Below are positions 57,066 to 64,000 of a stretch of DNA of 64,000 nt, piece after piece. The DNA comes from an uncultured Gemmatimonadaceae bacterium (GTDB lineage: Bacteria > Gemmatimonadota > Gemmatimonadetes > Gemmatimonadales > Gemmatimonadaceae): NCBI GenBank assembly GCA_963740355.1, contig CAVUDW010000002.1, positions 1,504,001 through 1,568,000 of the forward strand, given 5' to 3'. Under the pieces are notes generated by a model that worked only from the letters and a program-made list of their open reading frames with translations, was not told where the DNA came from and ran no database searches. The position numbers and the translations under genes were made by a program. Every line of letters starts with the position of its first letter. The first letter of the stretch is position 1.

Positions 57066-58406
57066 TCAGCGCAGTTGGATCACCAGTTCGAGGCGGGCGT
57101 CACCGAGGTCGGCCGGCACGTACACCGCGAGGTTGCGCGCACGTTCGATGGCTTCCCACGCCGGCCCGCTGCGGCGCAGCACGAAGTACTGCTGATCGAG
57201 CTTGATCGGCAGTCCGGCTGGCGGTTGCGCCACGTGCGTCACTTCGACGCCGGCCAGCGCCTGACGAATGAGGGTGTCGACGACGTCGGAGGAGGCGATC
57301 TTGCAGCCGCTGATGACTTTCGTCACGATGTCGATCGGCCGCACCGACGAGGCGACGGCGAGATACCACTGCGGCGCCTGAAGCCACGACTCCTGCTCCA
57401 CGGCCACCGCGTGCACCGAGTGTCGCACCACGCGCAGCGGTCGAGCGACGGCCGTGTCAGGGACGGCGGTGTCGAGCAACTCATGCACTCGCGCGTCGAG
57501 CAGTGTGAAGACCTCGCCGAGCCGCAGATGGTCGTAGGTCGGTAGCGGCGTCGGCATCGCGGAGAAGGTCGTCAGCGCACCGGCGAGGGCGATCATCGCT
57601 TCCCACAACGCCGCCGGGTGTCCACGTCGCACCTCGTACAGGTGCCGCAGCGAGGGTAGGTGGGTGTTGAGCGTGTAGAGCAACCAGAAGCCGGCGACAT
57701 CGGTCACCGAGAAGTCGGCCAGCCCTTGATTGCGTTGCCGCCGCGTGCCGGACACTGCGCTGGCCTTGGCGGCGACGCGTTCGACGAGCCGTCGCGTGAT
57801 GCCCACCAGGTATTCGTTGGCGGCGATGTCGAGCATCGGTGGCACGTATGACAGATCCAGCGTCGTCACGCCAGCCGCATCTCGCGTCAGGCGCATGATG
57901 GGCAAGGTCGTATAGCCATCCAGCGCCTCGCCTTCGAACAGCAGCCTGAGATTGGCGCGTGCCACACTCACTGGGCGTTCGTTGAGCCCCGTCACCTCGT
58001 CGCGCCGCTGCACCTCATCCCCGTGCCACCTGGCGATCGCACGCTCACCGACTTCCGCGACATTACGGCCGCCGGGCCGGTACTCCGGGACGGCGAGATG
58101 CACCACGAGCGAGGACTGATCCGGCGCCCAGGCATCGGTGAAGGCGCGTGGTGCCGGCGACGGGTCGCCGGCGGGGGCGTCGATCACCAGGCCGTCGGGA
58201 AAGCGTGCGGTGACCGCCGTGACGACGACGCTGCCGGCGGCGAGCGCCGCTCGGTCGAGCTCCAGTCGTGCCAGTCCCCACGGGCAAAACGTCAGCGTGG
58301 CGAGCTGGAAGGCCAATGCCTCCTCGTGTGCGCGATCCTGCTGCTGCAGGTGTTGCGGGGCGAGCAGGGTCCCCTTGGACCAGAGCACGGGATGGGCATG
58401 CGGCAT
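57066..58406 (-). CDS. tssK: T6SS baseplate subunit TssK, copy 2
   Basis: VLWSKGTLLAPQHLQQQDR, ARFPDGL, YVPPML, FWLLYTLN, YDHLRL..VF. Confidence 0.92.
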   Translation of the reverse strand: MPHAHPVLWSKGTLLAPQHLQQQDRAHEEALAFQLATLTFCPWGLARLELDRAALAAGSVVVTAVTARFPDGLVIDAPAGDPSPAPRAFTDAWAPDQSSLVVHLAVPEYRPGGRNVAEVGERAIARWHGDEVQRRDEVTGLNERPVSVARANLRLLFEGEALDGYTTLPIMRLTRDAAGVTTLDLSYVPPMLDIAANEYLVGITRRLVERVAAKASAVSGTRRQRNQGLADFSVTDVAGFWLLYTLNTHLPSLRHLYEVRRGHPAALWEAMIALAGALTTFSAMPTPLPTYDHLRLGEVFTLLDARVHELLDTAVPDTAVARPLRVVRHSVHAVAVEQESWLQAPQWYLAVASSVRPIDIVTKVISGCKIASSDVVDTLIRQALAGVEVTHVAQPPAGLPIKLDQQYFVLRRSGPAWEAIERARNLAVYVPADLGDARLELVIQLR

Positions 58407-58591
58407 TCGACGAACCTATGCGCGTGTGCCGCTCACAGCCAATGCAGGTGGTGGGGTTCGCGCGGTCGTGTCGCGCGTCACCAGCCGCGCGAGTTGGCGC
58501 GACGATCCGGCGTTATCAGCGGCTTTGTGCGTGGCTGGACTGGCCGCCACGCACGCCATCAAACCGTGACCTGATCCCCGCGTGCACTGGC

Positions 58592-58620
58592 TTGACGCCG
58601 CGTGCGCTCCATGCCACCAT
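58592..58620 (+). promoter_or_regulatory. Putative sigma-70 promoter for the tssBC-hcp operon
   Basis: TTGACG-N17-CACCAT with an extended -10 TG, about 150 nt upstream of tssB. Confidence 0.5.
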
Positions 58621-58766
58621 AGGGCAGCCGAGACGGAATCAGGAGGTCGATCACCGTCTGAAAGTGGGCAGTTCAGACGGTGCCCGGCTCTTTGAAATTG
58701 CGTGTTCGTGCTCCAGCGTTCACTCCCTTCGTGAACGTCTTTTCCATTACTTCCGGAGCGTTGGTC

Positions 58767-59282
58767 ATGGCCGACAGCACGCAAAAGAAACTCGAGCGAG
58801 TGCGCGCTCCCCGCGTGAACATCAGCTACGATGTGGAGGCGGGCGATGCGATCGAGCAGAAGTCACTTCCCTTCGTGATGGGCATCCTGGGCGACTTTAC
58901 CGGTATGCCCGTCGAGCCGCTGGCGCGCGTCAAGGACCGCAAGTTCGTCGAGGTCACCCCCGACAACTTCGACGACGTCCTTGCCAGCATGAAGCCGCAT
59001 CTCGCGTTCTCGGTCGAGAACAAGCTGAGCGAGGATCCGAATGCCGCGAAGCTTGGCATCGACCTCACGTTCAAGAGCCTCGATGATTTCGCTCCGGATG
59101 CCGTTGCACGCCAGGTAAAGCCACTGCGCGAACTGCTCGACCTGCGCACCAAGCTGGCCGACCTTCGCGGCACGTTGCAGACGAACGAGAAGCTCGATGA
59201 GTTGTTGCAGGAGACGTTGCACGACGATGCGAAGCTGGCGGCGCTGAAGGCCGAACTCGGCCTCGATAAGTCGGAGGGTTGA
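58767..59282 (+). CDS. tssB: T6SS contractile sheath small subunit TssB
   Basis: STQKKLERVRAPRVNISYDVE, LPFVMGILGDF, RKFVEV..DNF, DDF.PD.VA.QV..L. Confidence 0.96.
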   Translation: MADSTQKKLERVRAPRVNISYDVEAGDAIEQKSLPFVMGILGDFTGMPVEPLARVKDRKFVEVTPDNFDDVLASMKPHLAFSVENKLSEDPNAAKLGIDLTFKSLDDFAPDAVARQVKPLRELLDLRTKLADLRGTLQTNEKLDELLQETLHDDAKLAALKAELGLDKSEG

Positions 59283-59286
59283 TCTG

Positions 59287-60777
59287 ATGGCTGACGCACA
59301 GGCGAGCGCAGCTGGCGCCGCACCGCAGGCTGAAGCCCGCGAAGTCGGGTTGCTCGACCAGATCGTGGCCGAAGGCCGCTTCGGTGCCGACACGCAGTCG
59401 CAGACGCGCGGCAAGGACCTCGTCACCCGCTTCGTCTCCGAGGTGCTGGAAGGCGCCGTGACCGTGGGACGCGACACGGAGGCGATGATCAACGCCCGCA
59501 TCGCGCAGCTCGATCACCTGCTGTCGCTGCAGGTGAACGAGATCATGCACAACGCGGAATTCCAGAAGCTCGAGGCGAGCTGGCGCGGCTTGAAGTACCT
59601 GCTCAACCAGACCGAGACGGGCGAGCAGCTGAAGCTGAAGATCTTCAACGTCAGCAAGAAGGAATTGCTGCGCGACCTGCAGCGCGCCCCGGAGTTCGAC
59701 CAGAGCGCGTTGTTCAAGAAGGTGTACGAGGAAGAGTACGGCGTGTTCGGCGGCGCCCCGTTTGGCGCGCTGCTCGGCAACTACGAGTTCAACAAGAGTG
59801 GCCAGGACATCGAGCTGCTGGAAAAGATCTCGAACGTCGCCGCGGCAGCACACGCCCCGTTCATCACGGCGGCGTCGCACGAGATGTTCAACCTCGAGAG
59901 CTACGCGCAGCTGGATCAGCCGCGCGACATGGCGAAGGTGCTCGACAGCACCGAGTACGCGAAGTGGAAGGCGTTCCGCAACACGGACGACTCCCGCTAT
60001 GTCGCGATGGCACTGCCGCGCATGCTGTTGCGTGAACCGTACGGTGCCAAGACCGTGCCGATCGAGGCGTTCAACTACGACGAGCACGTCGACGGGACGG
60101 AGCACGAGTCCTACCTCTGGGGCTCGGCCGCCTGGGCCCTCGGCGCGAAGATCACCGATGCCTTCGCCAAGTACAGCTGGTGCGCGGCCATCCGTGGCGT
60201 GGAAAGCGGCGGCCTCGTGACCGGCCTGCCGGTGCACAATTTCCAGACCGACGCTGGCGAGACGGTGATGAAGTGCCCGACCGAAGTGTCGGTCACCGAT
60301 CGCCGCGAGAAGGAACTCGCGGATCTCGGCTTCGTGCCGCTGGTCCACCAGAAGGGCACCCCGAACGCCGCGTTCTTCAGCGTGCAGAGTGCGCAGAAGG
60401 CGAAGGTGTACGACCAGCCGCAGGCGTCGGCCAACGCACGCATCTCGGCGCAGATTCCCTACATCTTCGCCACGTCCCGCTTCGCGCATTACCTGAAGGT
60501 GATGATGCGCGACAAGATCGGCGGGTTCATGACCGCCTCGGAAGCGACGTCGTTCCTCAATCGCTGGATCTCGCAGTACGTGGTGTCGAACGACGATGCA
60601 TCGTTCGAAACGAAGGCAAAGCGGCCGCTGAAGGAAGCGCGCATCGATGTCGTGGAAGTTGCGGGCAAGCCTGGCGTGTTGCGCGCCGTCGCATTCATGC
60701 GCCCGCACTTCCAGCTCGATGAGCTGTCCATCTCGATGCGCCTCGTTGCTGAGCTGCCGCCGCCGGCTGGCGGCTGA
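59287..60777 (+). CDS. tssC: T6SS contractile sheath large subunit TssC
   Basis: FQKLEASWRGL, FDQSALFKKVYEEEYG, AAAAHAPF, IRGVESGG, SRFAHYLK, PHFQL. Confidence 0.97.
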   Translation: MADAQASAAGAAPQAEAREVGLLDQIVAEGRFGADTQSQTRGKDLVTRFVSEVLEGAVTVGRDTEAMINARIAQLDHLLSLQVNEIMHNAEFQKLEASWRGLKYLLNQTETGEQLKLKIFNVSKKELLRDLQRAPEFDQSALFKKVYEEEYGVFGGAPFGALLGNYEFNKSGQDIELLEKISNVAAAAHAPFITAASHEMFNLESYAQLDQPRDMAKVLDSTEYAKWKAFRNTDDSRYVAMALPRMLLREPYGAKTVPIEAFNYDEHVDGTEHESYLWGSAAWALGAKITDAFAKYSWCAAIRGVESGGLVTGLPVHNFQTDAGETVMKCPTEVSVTDRREKELADLGFVPLVHQKGTPNAAFFSVQSAQKAKVYDQPQASANARISAQIPYIFATSRFAHYLKVMMRDKIGGFMTASEATSFLNRWISQYVVSNDDASFETKAKRPLKEARIDVVEVAGKPGVLRAVAFMRPHFQLDELSISMRLVAELPPPAGG

Positions 60778-60857
60778 TGCGGGCGCAGTATTGCTGGGCA
60801 GTGCCGGGATTTCGAGGTTCACGCGGTCTACAATTTCATTCGTAAGGAGTCGAGCAG

Positions 60858-61355
60858 ATGCTGTTCCTGACTTTTGACAAGGCGGAAGGCCTCGTCGGCA
60901 GTACCACCGATGCCGGGCAGTCCAAGACGGGCGCGTCCGAAATCACGAGTTTCCAGTTCGGCGCCGGCACTGGCGTGAGCAAGGAATCGGGTCGCCTCAA
61001 GGCGAGCGTCGTCTCGCTGTCGGATGTGACGCTGACCAAGGCCTTCGATTCCATGTCGCCACCACTGTTTTCGGCGTGCAGCCGCGGCGCCTCGATTCCG
61101 AAGGCGTCGGTCATCTTCTGCAAGCCGAACGCCGACGCCAAGGCGGGCGCGATTCCTTACCTCACCGTCCTGATGGAGAACGCGGTGATCTCCGGCGTAT
61201 CCTGGAGCAGCGGCGGTGACATGCCGTCAGAGAGCATCTCGCTGACGTACGAAAAGATCACGTTCACGTACGAGGCCGCGCCGGCCGTCGGGAAGGAAGG
61301 TCAGGGCAAGCCGGTCGTCACCGGTTGGGATGCGATGCAGAACGTCAAGATCTGA
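60858..61355 (+). CDS. hcp: T6SS tube protein Hcp (TssD)
   Basis: 165 aa after tssC with AAGGAG RBS; LTK..D..SP.L, P.ESISLTY.KI...Y, GWD...N. Confidence 0.88.
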   Translation: MLFLTFDKAEGLVGSTTDAGQSKTGASEITSFQFGAGTGVSKESGRLKASVVSLSDVTLTKAFDSMSPPLFSACSRGASIPKASVIFCKPNADAKAGAIPYLTVLMENAVISGVSWSSGGDMPSESISLTYEKITFTYEAAPAVGKEGQGKPVVTGWDAMQNVKI

Positions 61356-61358
61356 TCA

Positions 61359-62075
61359 GTGCCGACCGCCATTGATGCGTTCCGGGCTGGACGCCTGTCG
61401 GAGGCGGTCGAGGCGTTGGGCATCGAACTGCGACACAATCCGTCCGATGCCCGACGTCGCACGTTTCTGTTCGAACTCCTCTGCTTCGCCGGCGACTATG
61501 AACGTGCCGTGAAGCAGCTCGACGTGCTCGGTTCGGCTTCGAAGGAAGCCGAACTGGGCGCGCTGTTGTACAAGGGCGCAATCCGTGCCCAGCGTGAACG
61601 CGAATCACTCTTCGCCGATCACGCCTTTCCGCTCGATCCCGCACCAGCCGTGCGCGGGACGCTCAACGGCAAGCCATTCGAGTCGCTCGAGGACGCGGAT
61701 CCGCGCATCGGTGCGCGGATCGAGTGCTTCGCCGCCGGCAAGTACATGTGGTTGCCGCTCGCGCATGTCGCGCAGATCACCATGGCCGCGCCGGCCTCGG
61801 TACGTGACACGCTCTGGCCAACAGTCCACGTGCGCACTGGCCCGGGATTCAAGGGGATGGAGCTGGGGCAGGTCCTGCTGCCGGTCATCGCTGCGGGCAC
61901 CACCAGCCAGGCCGATGAGCAGGTCCGTCTCGGGCGGGTCACCGATTGGGCCACGCTGCCGGATGGTGCGGAGGCGCCCGTCGGTCTCAAGTACTGGCTG
62001 GTCGACGGTGAAGAGTTCTCGCTGCTCGAATTGCGCGACCTCGTCATCGAGCGGCCGCCTGTCGTCGAGGCCTAG
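61359..62075 (+). CDS. tagJ: T6SS accessory protein TagJ (ImpE/SciE)
   Basis: R.NP.D...R.FLFELLCFAGD..RA.KQL, DAD.RIG...E, Y.W.P, RLGR.T.W. Confidence 0.88.
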   Translation: MPTAIDAFRAGRLSEAVEALGIELRHNPSDARRRTFLFELLCFAGDYERAVKQLDVLGSASKEAELGALLYKGAIRAQRERESLFADHAFPLDPAPAVRGTLNGKPFESLEDADPRIGARIECFAAGKYMWLPLAHVAQITMAAPASVRDTLWPTVHVRTGPGFKGMELGQVLLPVIAAGTTSQADEQVRLGRVTDWATLPDGAEAPVGLKYWLVDGEEFSLLELRDLVIERPPVVEA

Positions 62076-62203
62076 TGCGGGCCGCCCCTCGCACGCACAC
62101 GAGTTGATCACGCTGACCTGACGCGCGCGCACGGCGCCGCCAATCCGTCGCGTGGTCTGCCGGGCTTCCGGCGTCGCGTTTCTCTTCCTCGCTTCTGATC
62201 GCA

Positions 62204-63985
62204 ATGCCTGCACGCGCCGAAATTCTCGATCCGCTCCTCGCCCCGATTCCTGGCGACAATCCGTCCGGTCGATCGGTACGCGATGAACCTGTGTACGAGA
62301 AGATCCGGGAAGCGCGCCGCGAGGAAGACGACGCTGATCAGGGCGCCTGGAAGCGCGCACGCAAGGTTGCCGATCACGCGCTGGTGATCAAACTCGTGTC
62401 CGAGGTGCTCACCTCGACATCGAAGGACCTGCAACTCGCGTCCTGGTGGACCGAGTCGATGCTGAAGCGTGAGGGCGTCGCCGGACTGCGCGACGGCGTG
62501 GCGCTGATGCGCGGGCTGGTCGAAGGATTCTGGGACACCGTCTATCCGGAACTCGAAGACGGCGACGCCTCGCTGCGCGCGGGGCCACTCGACTTCATCG
62601 GCATCAAGCTGGTGGACGCATTGAATACGGCACCGCTCAATGCCGCGCGCCACAGCTTCCGTCAGTACGACGCTGCGTTTCTTGCGGGGACCGAGGAGGA
62701 AGGGCGCGGCGACGACGACCGACGCAAGTTGCGCGAAACGCTGGCCGAGAAGTCTGAACCGCTGATCGAGCAGGTGCTGGCGTCTGCCGATGCCACGCCG
62801 AAAGCATGGTACGTGACGCTGGCTGCCGACATTCGCGAGATCATCGCTGATCTCTATGAGCTCGACACTTTCGGGAACGAGCGATTCGGCGAAGAAGCGC
62901 CAAGCTTCCGGCGCCTGCTCGATGCCCTCGAGGTCGCGCAGCGATCGGCGGATGCGTTGCTCGCACGTCGACGCGCACAGGAGCCTGACGGCGACGACGG
63001 ATCTGTCGGCGACACTGCCGATGCCGCAGGTGGCCAGACTGATGCCAGCAGCCTGGTGACGGCCACTGTTGGCGCAGTCCCGACCAGCGACAGCGACGCC
63101 GGCCTGCGAGTCGTGATTGCTGCGCGCTTCCTGCGCCGCGCGCACCCTACCGATCCAACGCCGTACGCCTTGCTCCGCGCACTGCGCTGGCAGGCCCTCA
63201 GGGCTGGTGGTCGCGGCGAGGATACGCCGGCACCGGCCCTGATGCACGCCCCTCCCACGGCGGAACGCGCCCGCCTGAAAGGGCTCATGCTCGAGCAGCG
63301 ACATGAAGACCTGCTCGATGGGGTCGAGGAGTTGCTGGGTGCCACCAGCGGCGGCGCGTGGCTCGACGCGCAACGTTGGGCGCTCGACGCCGCCACCGCA
63401 CTCGGCGATGACTATGCACCCGTTGCACACGTGATGCGCACGTCATTGCGCCAGCTGCTGGCTGACTTTCCCCGGCTCCCGCAGGCGATGCTGCTCGATG
63501 ACACACCGGTCGCGAACGCCGAAACGATTGCGTGGCTGGATCGGGCCGGGCTGCTGAGCGCGGCACGTGGCGCTGACGCGCCGCCACTCGAAGGGATGCC
63601 CACGGTCCCGCATCGCCCGATGCTGGAGCGCGCACGGGCCGAAGCGGCGGGCGGTCGTCTGGATCGTGGCGTCGCGCTGCTGATGTCCGATGTCGTGCGT
63701 GAACGCAGCGAGCGCGCGCGCTTCCTGCGCCGACTCGAACTGGTGACGATGCTGGTCGATGCGGCCCGGGCTGAGATTGCGATGCCCATCGTCGAGGAGC
63801 TGCTCGAACAGCTGGACACGCACAAGCTGGAAGCGTGGGAAGACGGTGGTGTCGTCGCGCAGGCGCTGGTGCTGGCCTGTCGGGCGATCGATGCCACCGA
63901 AGGCGACCAGCGTCGTCGTGGTGAACTGTACTTGCGGATCTGTCGCCTCGACCCGATCGCCGCGCTCGCACTCGGCACGGCCTGA
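62204..63985 (+). CDS. tssA: T6SS protein TssA (ImpA_N + VasJ-like)
   Basis: LLAPIPGDNPSG..R....Y.KIREARRE, SKDLQLA, FWD..YP, RALRW, WLDAQ, W...RLDP. Confidence 0.9.
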   Translation: MPARAEILDPLLAPIPGDNPSGRSVRDEPVYEKIREARREEDDADQGAWKRARKVADHALVIKLVSEVLTSTSKDLQLASWWTESMLKREGVAGLRDGVALMRGLVEGFWDTVYPELEDGDASLRAGPLDFIGIKLVDALNTAPLNAARHSFRQYDAAFLAGTEEEGRGDDDRRKLRETLAEKSEPLIEQVLASADATPKAWYVTLAADIREIIADLYELDTFGNERFGEEAPSFRRLLDALEVAQRSADALLARRRAQEPDGDDGSVGDTADAAGGQTDASSLVTATVGAVPTSDSDAGLRVVIAARFLRRAHPTDPTPYALLRALRWQALRAGGRGEDTPAPALMHAPPTAERARLKGLMLEQRHEDLLDGVEELLGATSGGAWLDAQRWALDAATALGDDYAPVAHVMRTSLRQLLADFPRLPQAMLLDDTPVANAETIAWLDRAGLLSAARGADAPPLEGMPTVPHRPMLERARAEAAGGRLDRGVALLMSDVVRERSERARFLRRLELVTMLVDAARAEIAMPIVEELLEQLDTHKLEAWEDGGVVAQALVLACRAIDATEGDQRRRGELYLRICRLDPIAALALGTA

Positions 63986-63987
63986 CG

Positions 63988-64000
63988 ATGGCACGGGACG
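63988..64000 (+). CDS. Start of the next gene in the T6SS operon (truncated by window edge)
   Basis: ATG 2 nt after the tssA stop; only 4 codons visible. Confidence 0.35.

Noticed and set aside
58652..58682. Resemblance of CCGTCTGAA to the Neisseria DNA uptake sequence
   Set aside because: Only one inverted pair noticed in 64 kb, the first base differs, and nothing else suggests Neisseriaceae.
59071..60822. 583-aa minus-strand ORF and similar long antisense ORFs (4230..5945, 7536..8933, 9643..11400)
   Set aside because: Shadows of well-supported genes on the opposite strand.
60800..60857. Internal hcp promoter (TACAAT at 60828)
   Set aside because: No recognisable -35 or extended -10 element; too weak to call.

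Overview
High-GC bacterial chromosomal window. The gene content suggests Gemmatimonadota, but this is an inference and no search was run. Bases 1-47.5 kb hold housekeeping, signalling and metabolic genes: ComM/YifB, two PAS hybrid kinases, an NtrC-family regulator, LepB, a sigma-70 factor, yajQ, ada plus a 2OG-Fe(II) oxygenase, rimO, hemL, prfA-prmC-YlbF-tmk-S41 protease, a sugar-utilisation block and a TonB-receptor-like protein. Bases 49-64 kb are part of a type VI secretion system (tssM, tssL, two tssK, tssB, tssC, hcp, tagJ, tssA) that probably continues past the right edge. Most notable: (i) an HUH/Y1 RAYT-type transposase at 26.3-27.0 kb bracketed by two oppositely oriented arrays of a 25-bp hairpin repeat with a 71-bp period and fixed-geometry linkers; (ii) a caspase/C80-like His-Cys protease candidate and an unknown hydrophobic-hairpin protein next to tssM; (iii) a Pro-rich membrane protein with a degenerate kinase N-lobe and repeated E(F/Y)Txx(F/M) motifs between the two tssK paralogues; (iv) a roughly 130-nt rod-like element flanked by 13-bp direct repeats; (v) structured or operator-bearing leaders upstream of tssB and the TonB-like gene. 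I found no rRNA, tRNA or cas gene. Start codons are my best picks, and family calls come from motif recognition by eye.
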